DNA of 61,014 nt from Candidatus Yanofskybacteria bacterium (GCA_016185545.1 JACPNJ010000006.1:1-61014); one strand, 5' to 3'. Shown: positions 35,464-44,962, numbered from the stretch's first letter. Numbers and translations: made by a program. The notes: generated by a model from the letters alone, not told the origin.

Positions 35464-35981
35464 AGAGGAAGTGATGGTTTAATGACAACCCGGCGCCTTG
35501 GTTCCTGGCCAATGCTTTCAGTTTGAAGTTCCTTAAATGACGCCAACTCGGTATGCACCAATCGCCGCTCATAAGAACTCATGGGCAATAGCGCCTCCGC
35601 TTTTTGAGTCTGGATTACCCGCTTGGCGGTATTGCGAGCTACATCAACCAAATAATTAGTTTTTGATTTGCGATAATCATTAATATCAACCATAAAATTA
35701 ATTGGAAATTCAACATTATAATTGTTAAGCTTCTTATTAACAAGTAAATGAGCAATATGATCAAAAGCACTAAGATTTTGCCCATTTTTACCAATTAGTA
35801 TACTTAAATCATCATCAGAATCAATGGAAACGATAAAGAAACTTCTTTTTTCTTCACGGGTTAGATCATTATTCGCCGGCACTGGCGTATTATCACTTAA
35901 TTTAACTACACCACCAAAACCAACTTTGTTTAAAAGGTCTAGAACTGTTTCCTCAATTTTATTTTTTATATCATCGGGCAT
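35460..35981 (-). CDS. jag: Jag/KhpB-like RNA-binding protein (KH + R3H)
   Basis: C-terminal R3H region LPMSSYERRLVHTEL. It holds the conserved position after yidC. Confidence 0.8.
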   Translation of the reverse strand: MPDDIKNKIEETVLDLLNKVGFGGVVKLSDNTPVPANNDLTREEKRSFFIVSIDSDDDLSILIGKNGQNLSAFDHIAHLLVNKKLNNYNVEFPINFMVDINDYRKSKTNYLVDVARNTAKRVIQTQKAEALLPMSSYERRLVHTELASFKELQTESIGQEPRRRVVIKPSLPL

Positions 35982-35986
35982 AATTT

Positions 35987-36691
35987 TTACCGGTATTTCC
36001 GGTTTATATAAAGCTGTTCAAATATGGAAAAAGCCGTAGCGGTTACCCAATAAATGGTCAACCCGGCAGGTAAATTCCAAGCGATAATTATAACCATAAT
36101 CGGGAAAAAATACAACATCTGCTTACTCATTTGGAAAGTGGGAGAAGGAATCTCGTTTTTGGAAGCCGGGGCTTGAAAAGAAGCTGCTTTTTTTGATTGA
36201 AACCATTGTAAAATTCCGGCTAAAACGGCTAAAATGGCATTCTTTTGGGTAAGGTTAATGAACCCAAATGCAATTTGTTTTATAGCCACTGGATGACTTA
36301 CAAACGAATATAAAGCCGTAAGACTTTCGGGTTTTAATCCAGAATTTAATGCGCTATAAAGCGCAATTAGAACCGGAAGTTGTATAAGGAGCGGCAAACA
36401 GCCGCCAAACGGATTTACATTATGCTCCTTATAAAGGGCCATGGTTGCCTGACCCAGTGCTTGCTTGTCGTTTTTGTGTTTTTCCTGAAGCTCTTTGATT
36501 TTTGGCTGAAGCTTGCTTAATTCTTTTTGCGATACCAGCGCTTTAATTGATAAGGGTGTAAATACTAATCTAACTACGATTGTCAGTAAAATAATCGCTA
36601 CGCCAAAATCATTTCCAGGAACAATGTTGTAAATAAAAACCAAGAGGTTGAATAGGGGACGGAAGAGAAGTTCGTTGTATAAAAAACCCAA
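35987..36691 (-). CDS. yidC: YidC/Oxa1-family membrane insertase (TTG start)
   Basis: PL..KA..SQ.E...LQPKIKELQEK.K.D, NPFGGCLP.LIQ.P, and the conserved operon position. Confidence 0.85.
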   Translation of the reverse strand: MGFLYNELLFRPLFNLLVFIYNIVPGNDFGVAIILLTIVVRLVFTPLSIKALVSQKELSKLQPKIKELQEKHKNDKQALGQATMALYKEHNVNPFGGCLPLLIQLPVLIALYSALNSGLKPESLTALYSFVSHPVAIKQIAFGFINLTQKNAILAVLAGILQWFQSKKAASFQAPASKNEIPSPTFQMSKQMLYFFPIMVIIIAWNLPAGLTIYWVTATAFSIFEQLYINRKYR

Positions 36692-36693
36692 AC

Positions 36694-36766
36694 TAGGTTA
36701 TAGGTTATAGGTTATAGGTTATAGGTTTAAAATTTCTAACACCTATAACCTATCAGCTATCACCTG
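36694..36766. repeat. Heptamer-periodic inverted array (yidD stop to yidC start)
   Basis: (taggtta)x4-5, loop taaaatttctaa, then cacctat aacctat cagctat cacctg. The plus-strand right arm contains the yidD TGA, and the other end lies 2 nt from the yidC start. Confidence 0.9.
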
Positions 36767-36990
36767 ATTTCATATATTCCGCCTCTAGACAGCGGATTAC
36801 ATCTTAAAATCCTTGCCAGTCCTTTTAACACGCCCTTTACTACTCCCCATCTCTCAATCGCTTCATATGTATATTGCGAACAACTTGGATAAAAACGACA
36901 GCGCATACTGCCTCCGGCAAAAATGAACCCGTGGTCAGGCGAAATTGTTGCTTGATAAAATCTAATTATTTTTAAAAATATTTTTGTCAT
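36760..36990 (-). CDS. yidD: Membrane protein insertion efficiency factor YidD
   Basis: [13 protein letters not shown]...G..KG..L...RI.RCNP. Confidence 0.9.
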   Translation of the reverse strand: MTKIFLKIIRFYQATISPDHGFIFAGGSMRCRFYPSCSQYTYEAIERWGVVKGVLKGLARILRCNPLSRGGIYEIR

Positions 36991-37322
36991 TGACTGATAA
37001 TTTTATTTAATGTTTGCTGAATTTCTCTATTGATTTCTTTTGACTGCTTCCCTACGATATCCACAGTAGCAATAATTGCGATATCGTACGATTTTTCCAA
37101 AAAATGTCCAGAGCGAATCGCTTCCGTAAAAATTCTTTTGATGCGATTTCTTGCGGTTGCCTTTTTTGCGACCTTAACGGGAATAATTATTGCTATCCGC
37201 AAAAAATCAATATTATTTTTTAAAAACTTAATAAAGAAAAAACTGTTTCGGACAGTTTTTCCATGTTTGAATAGGCGGTTAATATCTTTCCTGGGTAAAC
37301 GGTATTTTTTGGCTAAAGCCAA
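36987..37322 (-). CDS. rnpA: Ribonuclease P protein component (TTG start)
   Basis: Basic protein with ..ATARNRIKR.. (RNR motif), positioned directly after rpmH. Confidence 0.85.
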   Translation of the reverse strand: MALAKKYRLPRKDINRLFKHGKTVRNSFFFIKFLKNNIDFLRIAIIIPVKVAKKATARNRIKRIFTEAIRSGHFLEKSYDIAIIATVDIVGKQSKEINREIQQTLNKIISQ

Positions 37323-37328
37323 GCATTC

Positions 37329-37388
37329 AGGTTATAGGTTACAGGTTATAGGTTACAGGTTTTTTCTGACACCTGACGCCTGACACCT
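37329..37388. repeat. Heptamer-periodic inverted array (rpmH stop to rnpA start)
   Basis: Sequence aggttat aggttac aggttat aggttac aggt, loop tttttct, then gacacct gacgcct gacacct. Confidence 0.9.
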
Positions 37389-37524
37389 AAACAGTAAGCT
37401 GTTGTCTTCCTTTCCGGCGACGGCGAGCTAAAACTTTTCTGCCATTTTTGGACCTAGCCCGTTTTAAAAATCCATGAGTCTTGGCTCTTTTCTTCTTTTT
37501 TGGACGATATAATGTAATTTTCAT
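37387..37524 (-). CDS. rpmH: 50S ribosomal protein L34 (45 aa; below the ORF-track length cut-off)
   Basis: Hand translation gives [45 protein letters not shown]. Confidence 0.9.
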   Translation of the reverse strand: MKITLYRPKKKKRAKTHGFLKRARSKNGRKVLARRRRKGRQQLTV

Positions 37525-37579
37525 CCTGTACGAGGTAGCAACAGCAACCACATAAGTTAAGTTACGTACCCGCGATTAT
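37522..37579. repeat. 58-bp inverted repeat, left copy (forms the rpmH leader and start codon)
   Basis: Its reverse complement, ataatcgcgggtaCgtaacttaacttatgtggttGctgttGctacctcGtacAggATG, matches 39500-39557 with 5 mismatches. Confidence 0.9.
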
Positions 37580-37795
37580 TCATATTAGCTTATCGTAGCA
37601 AAAAACGATTTATTTTGCAATTACAAGAAGATGGTTTCAAAACCATCTTCAAAGTTGTTAACTTCTAATCAACACATTGTCAACGAAGTTCATGTTTTAT
37701 AATATTTTCTCTCAATTATAATTAAGTTATGCTTCGCAGTAAAAATTCGAGATACTGCGAAACGGTTATTATTAATACTCGAACTACTATATGAT

Positions 37796-39163
37796 ATGAC
37801 CAACGAAGAACTCTGGAAAGCAGTGCTAACAGAAATGGAATTATCCCTTTCAAGGGCTAATTTTACCACCTGGTTCAAGGGTACTTCATTACTGGCAAAT
37901 AATAGCAACTCGGTTTTAGTCAGCGTGCCTAATGGTTTTGTTAAAGAGTGGCTGGAAAACAAATTCGGCAGACAAATTCTTCAAACCATAAGAAGTCTCC
38001 GGCCGGAAATACGGGAGGTTAAGTATACAATTGGCGGCATCCGTGTTGGTTTGGCAATGCAAAAGAAAGATTTTGCTCAGTTTGTGCCGGAAAAAACCAA
38101 TGAAGACAAGTCTGATGCCGACATTGATAAACTGACTAATCTCAATAAACGCTACACTTTTGGTTCTTTTGTTGTGGGAAGCAATAATGAATTGGCTTAT
38201 GCCGCTAGTTTGGCGATTACTAAAAATTTAGGTAAGGTTTATAATCCGCTTTTTATTTATGGCGGGGTCGGTTTAGGTAAAACCCACCTGCTTCAGGCTG
38301 TTGGTAACCAAGCGATTTCAACTGATCAAAATAAAAAAGTTTGCTATATTTCTTCTGAAAGATTAACTGCCGATATAGTAGAGTCGTTAAAAAATAAAAC
38401 CATAGAAGAGATGAAGCAACGTTACGCTAAGCTTGATCTTTTAATTATTGACGATATTCAATTTATTGCCGGAAAAGAAAGAACACAAGATATATTTTTT
38501 GCGACTTTTAACGAGCTTTACGGCAAAAACCGGCAGATAGTTCTATCATCTGATCGTCCGCCAAGCGCCATACCGGCGCTGGAAGAGCGGCTCCGCTCTA
38601 GATTCGAAGGAGGAATGATCGCCGACATAGGAATACCTGATTATGAGACTCGACTAGCGATACTAAATATGAAATGTAAGGAGAAAAATTTTGAAGTTGA
38701 TCAAAATTCCCTTGCTTATATCGCCTCAAATATTCAGAAAAATATTCGCGAACTTGAGGGCGCTCTAAATCGTATAATAGCTTTTAGCCAAATATATACT
38801 AAGACCCCTGATTTTAAAGAAGTTAAAAAGCTTTTAGCAGCTTATCTTAATACTCCATACCGCAAAACTACTCATCAATCTATTATGAGATCTGTGGCTG
38901 ATTTTTATGGCGTTCCTCCCAACGATTTAATCAAAAGAAGTCGTAAAAAAGAAATAGTCAGACCTAGGCAAATCGCAATGTTTCTATTAAGGGAGGAAAC
39001 TAAGTCTTCTTTTCCAGAAATTGGCTCTAAATTAGGCGGCAGAGACCACTCGACGGTTATACACGCTTATGAGAAAATAAAAAAAGAAGAAGAAAACGAC
39101 GAAACAACAAAACAAGAATTAACTTTAATTAAAGAAAGGATATATCAGACATTTGAAAATTAA
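37796..39163 (+). CDS. dnaA: Chromosomal replication initiator protein DnaA
   Basis: Walker A GGVGLGKTHLL, box VII/sensor region LIIDDIQF, and C-terminal DNA-binding RPRQIAMFLLRE..GGRDHSTVIHA. Confidence 0.95.
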   Translation: MTNEELWKAVLTEMELSLSRANFTTWFKGTSLLANNSNSVLVSVPNGFVKEWLENKFGRQILQTIRSLRPEIREVKYTIGGIRVGLAMQKKDFAQFVPEKTNEDKSDADIDKLTNLNKRYTFGSFVVGSNNELAYAASLAITKNLGKVYNPLFIYGGVGLGKTHLLQAVGNQAISTDQNKKVCYISSERLTADIVESLKNKTIEEMKQRYAKLDLLIIDDIQFIAGKERTQDIFFATFNELYGKNRQIVLSSDRPPSAIPALEERLRSRFEGGMIADIGIPDYETRLAILNMKCKEKNFEVDQNSLAYIASNIQKNIRELEGALNRIIAFSQIYTKTPDFKEVKKLLAAYLNTPYRKTTHQSIMRSVADFYGVPPNDLIKRSRKKEIVRPRQIAMFLLREETKSSFPEIGSKLGGRDHSTVIHAYEKIKKEEENDETTKQELTLIKERIYQTFEN

Positions 39164-39440
39164 ACATACTTAGCATGTTGAAAATATGATGATAAATTTA
39201 TTGATATCTTTGTTTATTATTTATGGTTAATTACTTGATAAAATAAAAATTTAATAAAAATATTTTTTATTTAACAATTTATACATAAATTTTAAGACTA
39301 GTTATCATTAAATTATTAACAGAAAATTATTTAAAATTATACTTATATATCTTACTAAATTTAAAATAATCATAACTTATACACAACTCTTATAATTAGT
39401 AATTAATTTAATAAACTAATAATAAGAACAATAATGGGAT
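39164..39440. other. Probable oriC / DNA-unwinding region (very AT-rich dnaA-dnaN spacer)
   Basis: About 280 nt that is almost entirely A/T. It holds DnaA-box-like 9-mers TTATACACA (39377-39385) and TTATACATA (39279-39287), and sits in the conserved rpmH/dnaA/dnaN context. Confidence 0.6.
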
Positions 39441-39499
39441 GGATCCCGAACGAGGTAGCCCTCACGGGTTCATGGTCCAAGACTATCCAAAGTTTAAAC

Positions 39500-39557
39500 A
39501 TAATCGCGGGTATGTAACTTAACTTATGTGGTTACTGTTACTACCTCTTACGGGATG
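39500..39557. repeat. 58-bp inverted repeat, right copy (forms the dnaN leader and start codon)
   Basis: Sequence ataatcgcgggtaTgtaacttaacttatgtggttActgttActacctcTtacGggATG. See 37522-37579. Confidence 0.9.
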
Positions 39558-40643
39558 GATATTATAGTAAATCAAAAAAAACTTATATCAGCAGTCAGAA
39601 TCGTCGAGAAAGCAGTTTCTAAAAATGTTTCACTGCCGATATTAAATACAATTCTTCTTAAAACTGATAATAATCGTTTAAAACTATCGGCGACTAATCT
39701 TGAAATTGGTATAAATTATTGGCTTGGCGTTAAAATTAATGAAAATGGAGAAATTGCGGTACCAGCTAGGATTTTTTCTGATTTTATTAGTAACATAACC
39801 GATGAGAAATTATCATTAGCTGTTAAAAAAAATGTCATAGCTATCAACTCAGAGCACTATAAAACACAGATTCTGGGTATGGATACTAAAGATTTTCCTA
39901 TAATTCCGCAAATTAAAAAAGAAATTTCGTTTAAAATAAATAGTCAAACACTGAAAACGGCTTTAATAAGTGTATTAGATTCTGTTTCATTGTCTGAAAC
40001 CAGGCCGGAGCTTAGCGGGGTGTATGTTAATATTTCAACCAATCGAGTTGAATTAGCGGCAACTGATAGTTTTCGCCTTTCTGAAAAAATAATAGGTTTA
40101 AGCGACGGTAAAAATAAAACATGTATATTACCACGTAATACAGTTATTGAAATAATAAGAATATCTGAAAATATTGAAGGAGATTTATCGCTTGCTATTT
40201 CAGATAACCAAGTTATTGTTTTTGGAGAAGATTTTGAAATAATCTCGCGCCTTATTGACGGTCATTATCCGGAATATAAGCGGGTAATTCCGGAAAAATT
40301 TATAGCGCTTGCTAAGGTTAATAAAACCGAATTTGAAAAATCAATCCGTATGGCAAGTATTTTTTCATCTTCAATTTCGGATATTAAACTTAAAGCCAGT
40401 AAAGAGTTAATGGAAATATCAGCCAAAAACAGCGACCGTGGTGAAATAACCGCCGACCTTGCCTGTGAAATTAAAAATAGACCGTTTGAGATTTCGGTCA
40501 ATTACCATTATTTATTGGACGGCTTAAAAGTTCTACCAACAGAGCACGTTATCCTAGAATTTACCGGCGACGGCAGTCCGCTGGTTATAAAAGGTGATGG
40601 GCAGAAAGACCAAACTTACGTGATTATGCCATTGAGGAGTTAA
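39555..40643 (+). CDS. dnaN: DNA polymerase III beta sliding clamp
   Basis: Three-domain length, LPIL..IL.., ATD..RL, and the position after dnaA. The start is set at ATG 39555 (MDIIVNQKKL); the upstream 9 codons belong to the repeat. Confidence 0.9.
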   Translation: MDIIVNQKKLISAVRIVEKAVSKNVSLPILNTILLKTDNNRLKLSATNLEIGINYWLGVKINENGEIAVPARIFSDFISNITDEKLSLAVKKNVIAINSEHYKTQILGMDTKDFPIIPQIKKEISFKINSQTLKTALISVLDSVSLSETRPELSGVYVNISTNRVELAATDSFRLSEKIIGLSDGKNKTCILPRNTVIEIIRISENIEGDLSLAISDNQVIVFGEDFEIISRLIDGHYPEYKRVIPEKFIALAKVNKTEFEKSIRMASIFSSSISDIKLKASKELMEISAKNSDRGEITADLACEIKNRPFEISVNYHYLLDGLKVLPTEHVILEFTGDGSPLVIKGDGQKDQTYVIMPLRS

Positions 40644-40663
40644 TGGCTTAATGTTGGTGTTGG

Positions 40664-42865
40664 TTATGGTAATGGAGATGGAGATGGAGAAGATGCAGGC
40701 GCAGACGACACTAGCCAGCGCTGGACGGAAGCTTCCCAGTTGGAGAATTGGGAATCGTCGGAGGGATTGGAAGGGTATGATCCGGCGGGATCATTTTTGT
40801 TTACGTAAAAAAGAATCGTGTGAATACCGCTGGGACCGTTATAATCACCGTTGAGCATAATTTTATCCGTGATAATGGGATCGGGTTTAATAAATTGTTC
40901 TACCGGCGTATCAGCCAGCGCACGAGCCATAAATTCGTGCCACATCGGGGCGGCGGCGGAGAGACCGGCGCCTTCTTTAGTCATGGAGTCATTATTGTTA
41001 TTTCCGGTCCAAATGCCGGTTACTAGTGATGGAGTGTAACCAATCAGCCAACCGTCTCGATTCTCCTGCGTTGTGCCAGTTTTAGCGGCAACAGGACGTT
41101 CCGGGAAGTAAAGAGGGCTATTGTACCCAAATACAGGTCCGCGGGCGTTATTGTCAGATAAAACATCAGTGATAAGCCGCGCAATCTGCGGATCAAGCAC
41201 GCGCTCCTCTTCTTTTTTATACTCCTCAAGAATTGTACCGTCAGCGGCGATGACTTTGAGCAGAAAAGCCGGTAATACCCTGACACCATCATTGGCAAAA
41301 ACACTGTAGGCATTCACCATATCAACTAATTTTACCTCGCCTCCGCCCAGCACAAGTGAAAGGCCAAATCGGGAACGGTCATTCAAAGTAGTAATGCCCA
41401 TCTGATGGGCCAGATCAATTGTGTCGTCAATACCGGCGAGGTAAAGCGTTTTAACCGAGGGAAGGTTAAGAGATTGACCTAGGGCCTGACGCATTGTTGT
41501 TGGGCCGCGAAAGCGGCCGTTGTAATTTTGGGGATGATAACAATCCTGTCCATTTTCATCTTTTTCCTGTAAAGCGAATGATTCGCAGTCGGGATTAAAT
41601 TCTGTTGGTAGGTCAAAAAGTATAGTTGAATCGGTAAAGCCTTTATTGAAAGCCACAGAATAAGCAAATGGTTTGAACGAAGAACCCGGCTGCCTGAAAG
41701 CTAAAGCCGTATTGAAATTGCCTTCAAACTTGCAATCTTTGCCGGGCGTGCAACCTTCCGGTTCCGGTTTGCCGAAATAATCTTTAGAGCCGACCATAGC
41801 AAGAATTTGTCCGGTTTTGGGGTCGGCGCTAACAAGAGCGGCGTTGTTTGCTTTATATTTTTCGGTATTTATTTTTGCGTATTTTTCCACAACTCCCTCC
41901 GTTTCCACCCCTCCTTCCGCTATTTTTTGTAATTTGGCGTCTAAAGTGGTTGTCACATGTAAGCCGCCATTTTGCACCATATCCTCGCCGTATTTTTTAA
42001 TAAGATAGTCACGAACCATAATTACAAAATGCGGTGCGGTGATACTTTCCTGAGAAGGCTTAATGTCAGGAGTCTCCTGGATGGCCGTTTCATATTCTGT
42101 TTGCGTCATTATGCCGGCATTTTTCATCCGTTCTAAAAGATTGTCTCTCTTGGCAATAAGTTCGGGAAAATGATTACCATACGGAGAATAATAACTGGGC
42201 GCTTTGGGTAGAGATGCAAGTAGTGCCGCTTCCGACCAATTAAGATCTTTTGCCGGTTTATCAAAGAATGTTTGGCTGGCCGCTTCAATACCGTAGGCAT
42301 TAGAGCCGTAAGGGATTTGGTTCAGATACATCCAAAATATTTTATCTTTGCTGTAGTTGCGTTCAATTTGGATTGATAGGACTGCTTCTTTGATTTTGCG
42401 CGGCATTGTCTTTTCTTTGCCAAGCAGGGAGTTTTTTATTAGCTGTTGGGTAATAGTGGAGCCACCTTGTGAAGCGCTAAGATTGGTTACGTCCTTATAA
42501 AATGCGCGTAAAATACCGCGGAAATCTATACCTTTATGAGAATAGAAATCAGCGTCCTCGGAGATAAGTGTCGCTTTTTTAACGGTCTCGGGTATTTGGT
42601 CCCAGGGAATAATGGTGCGTTTTTCTTCGCCGTGGATGTCGTAAAGGAGAGTTTCACCGGTTCGATCATAAATCTTGGTGGATTCGCTGATGCGGCGGGC
42701 GGAGATGGCGGAAGGATCAGGTGTCTGGCCGGCGTAATATAGAAATATGACCACAGAAAAAACCAAGCCGAGCATGGCCAGGGTCAGTAAAGTCAAAAAA
42801 AAGCTTTTTAGCGCGCTTGATTTACGTTTGCGATGAATTGGGGTCATTAAGCCACATTTTGCCAT
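40664..42865 (-). CDS. Penicillin-binding protein 1A-type bifunctional transglycosylase/transpeptidase
   Basis: Glycosyltransferase motifs EDADFYSHKGID, GGSTITQQL and RKIKE. Transpeptidase motifs SSFKP, SLN and KTGT. N-terminal transmembrane anchor. Confidence 0.9.
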   Translation of the reverse strand: MAKCGLMTPIHRKRKSSALKSFFLTLLTLAMLGLVFSVVIFLYYAGQTPDPSAISARRISESTKIYDRTGETLLYDIHGEEKRTIIPWDQIPETVKKATLISEDADFYSHKGIDFRGILRAFYKDVTNLSASQGGSTITQQLIKNSLLGKEKTMPRKIKEAVLSIQIERNYSKDKIFWMYLNQIPYGSNAYGIEAASQTFFDKPAKDLNWSEAALLASLPKAPSYYSPYGNHFPELIAKRDNLLERMKNAGIMTQTEYETAIQETPDIKPSQESITAPHFVIMVRDYLIKKYGEDMVQNGGLHVTTTLDAKLQKIAEGGVETEGVVEKYAKINTEKYKANNAALVSADPKTGQILAMVGSKDYFGKPEPEGCTPGKDCKFEGNFNTALAFRQPGSSFKPFAYSVAFNKGFTDSTILFDLPTEFNPDCESFALQEKDENGQDCYHPQNYNGRFRGPTTMRQALGQSLNLPSVKTLYLAGIDDTIDLAHQMGITTLNDRSRFGLSLVLGGGEVKLVDMVNAYSVFANDGVRVLPAFLLKVIAADGTILEEYKKEEERVLDPQIARLITDVLSDNNARGPVFGYNSPLYFPERPVAAKTGTTQENRDGWLIGYTPSLVTGIWTGNNNNDSMTKEGAGLSAAAPMWHEFMARALADTPVEQFIKPDPIITDKIMLNGDYNGPSGIHTILFYVNKNDPAGSYPSNPSDDSQFSNWEASVQRWLVSSAPASSPSPSPLP

Positions 42866-42915
42866 AATTTGGCTTAATTTACAAGATTCAAACGGGGGTA
42901 TATAATTTTATTATT

Positions 42916-44097
42916 GTGACTGATATGAATAAAATAAAAGAGTTTTTAAGTTCAAGATATATTGAAGCGGTTTTTCCGTCGAAGGAGAGGGTGGCAGAAA
43001 TGATGATAGCAGGAAAGCGATTGGTTTTTTATTGGGGGATAGACCCGACCGGGCCGAATGTGCATTTAGGACATACAACCAATGTTTTCGTGATGAAAAA
43101 ATTGGCCGAGTTGGGGCACAAAATAATTTTACTTATAGGAGATTTTACGGCTACCATCGGTGATCCCACCGATAAGGAGGCAGTGCGCAAACCGTTGACT
43201 GAAAAAGAGGTCAAAGAAAATATGAAAACCTATTTAGAACAGATACATAAAATTTTATCCAAAGGATCATTTGAAGTCAGATATAACTCGAAATGGTATA
43301 GTAAAATGTTTTATAAAGATTGGTTGAAAGTGGCAATGAAGTTTACTCAACAACAAATGATTGCAAGAGACATGTTTCAAGAACGGCTTAAAAAAGACAA
43401 GCCAATCGGGATGCACGAGTTTGATTATCCAATGATGCAGGGCTATGACTCGGTAGTGATGAACGTGGATGGTGAGGTAGGTGGGAATGACCAGACATTT
43501 AATATGTTAGTAGGACGAGATTTGGTAAAAGATTTTTTGGGCAAAGAAAAGATTGTAATAGCGACGCGGTTATTGGAGGATCCCGTAACAAGAAAGAAAA
43601 TTATGAATAAAAGCGAGGGGCAGTATGTTTCTTTGAATGATTCGGCGGAAGAAATGTTTGGTAGGGTTATGGCAATGCCTGATTCAGCAATATTGCCCTT
43701 ATTCAGTTATGCTACCGAAGTCTCTGACAGCAAAATCAGCGAAATAAAAAAGCGTCTTGAAGGAGGAGAAAACCCCATGACTGTTAAAAAAGAACTAGCT
43801 TTCGAATTGGTAAAAATGTATCATGACGGAAAAACTGCGGAAAAGACTAAAGAAAATTTTGAAAAAGTTTTTTCGGAAGGGCGGCTACCGGAGAAGATGG
43901 AAGAATTTAAATTTTCCGGTAAAATTGTTGAATTGCTGTACGCATCAGGATTAGCCGGTTCAATGAGTGAGGCTAAACGGCTGATTGACCAAAAGGCGGT
44001 ATATATAAATGGTCATATTGTGACTGACTGGGAACATGATGTAAAATCTGGCGATATAGTAAAAGTTGGTCCGAGAAGGTTTCTTAGAATAAAATAA
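42916..44097 (+). CDS. tyrS: Tyrosine--tRNA ligase
   Basis: HLGH (HIGH motif), GDFTATIGDPTDK, a KMSKS-like KIMNKSEG, and a C-terminal S4-like domain (AKRLIDQKAVYING). Confidence 0.8.
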   Translation: MTDMNKIKEFLSSRYIEAVFPSKERVAEMMIAGKRLVFYWGIDPTGPNVHLGHTTNVFVMKKLAELGHKIILLIGDFTATIGDPTDKEAVRKPLTEKEVKENMKTYLEQIHKILSKGSFEVRYNSKWYSKMFYKDWLKVAMKFTQQQMIARDMFQERLKKDKPIGMHEFDYPMMQGYDSVVMNVDGEVGGNDQTFNMLVGRDLVKDFLGKEKIVIATRLLEDPVTRKKIMNKSEGQYVSLNDSAEEMFGRVMAMPDSAILPLFSYATEVSDSKISEIKKRLEGGENPMTVKKELAFELVKMYHDGKTAEKTKENFEKVFSEGRLPEKMEEFKFSGKIVELLYASGLAGSMSEAKRLIDQKAVYINGHIVTDWEHDVKSGDIVKVGPRRFLRIK

Positions 44098-44130
44098 AAC
44101 CACCCCGTCTAGACGGGGTGGTTTTATTTT
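44096..44130. terminator. Rho-independent terminator (palindrome plus T-run)
   Basis: Sequence aaaaccaccccgtctagacggggtggttttatttt, immediately after the tyrS stop. Confidence 0.85.
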
Positions 44131-44402
44131 TACAACGTTACCTCTTCTTCTTTTTCCTCTTCTTCTGTTTCACTCTCGGCGGTTACGCCGGTAGTCTCAT
44201 CTTTCTCTTCGCCTAATTCATCGGCGTCGATAAGGCGGTATCCATAGTCATTTGTCGACATAATGACCTTATTCAGTCTTGCTTACATTTTCCGGTTTAC
44301 CCATTGGGTTACCCGCAAGATACAAGCAAAACGAAGTTAATCTAGACAATATACATGTATCTATAAATAATTCAAGCGAAACACCTTCATGTTATTTGTA
44401 AA

Positions 44403-44876
44403 TTAATACCTTACCGTATTAGCGCAACAAATTGCAATAGCTAGAGCGTCAGCAACATCATCTGGCCTGGGAATGGTCTCTAGATCCAGAATCAGTTTTA
44501 CCATATTTTGCACCTGTGTTTTTTCTGCTCGTCCATAGCTGGTAACCGCTTGTTTAACTTGGAGTGGGGTGAATTCGGATATCTCTATGCCATTTTTTGC
44601 TGCCGTGTACATTAGTATACCCCTAATTTCACTGACCTTGATTACTGTTTTGGCGTTTTTGAAGAAAAACAGAGTCTCAAGAGCAAGTTTATCCGGTCTA
44701 TATTTTTTTATTAGTTTATCAAAAAAATTATAGACAGTCGCAACGCGGTCGGCGTTTTTAATATTTACGCCGGTTTTCAAATCGCCAAAATTAACGGCCT
44801 TGTAATTTTTGCCGTCAACATCAATTATACCGTAGCCGATTAACGAAGTGCCGGGGTCGATACCTAAAATTCGCAT
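44403..44876 (-). CDS. ruvC: Crossover junction endodeoxyribonuclease RuvC
   Basis: MRILGIDPG.., E in ..LALETLFF.., and C-terminal DDVADALAIA. Confidence 0.9.
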   Translation of the reverse strand: MRILGIDPGTSLIGYGIIDVDGKNYKAVNFGDLKTGVNIKNADRVATVYNFFDKLIKKYRPDKLALETLFFFKNAKTVIKVSEIRGILMYTAAKNGIEISEFTPLQVKQAVTSYGRAEKTQVQNMVKLILDLETIPRPDDVADALAIAICCANTVRY

Positions 44877-44887
44877 AGCGAATTTTA

Positions 44888-44962
44888 AGGTTTCAGTTTT
44901 CAGGGATCAGGTTTCAGGTACTAGAGAAGAACCTGTAACCTGTAACCTGTAACCTGTAACCT
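44888..44962. repeat. Heptamer-periodic inverted array (yebC stop to ruvC start)
   Basis: Sequence aggtttc agttttc agggatc aggtttc aggtac, loop tagagaaga, then (acctgta)x4 acct. Confidence 0.9.

Noticed and set aside
39528-39554. Upstream start (MVTVTTSYG) for dnaN
   Set aside because: These codons lie within the 58-bp repeat shared with the rpmH leader. The ATG at 39555 aligns with the repeat-terminal ATG used by rpmH.
40668-40700. Tandem GGAGATG-like repeat (ggtaatggagatggagatggagaag)
   Set aside because: It is the minus-strand coding sequence for the SPSPSPLP tail of the PBP. It has no inverted partner and a different unit from the AGGTNNC family.
44130-44261. 43-codon acidic ORF on the minus strand (MSTNDYGYRLIDADELGEEKDE...)
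   Set aside because: It has no convincing RBS, a low-complexity acidic tail and no recognisable family. There is not enough support to call it a gene.
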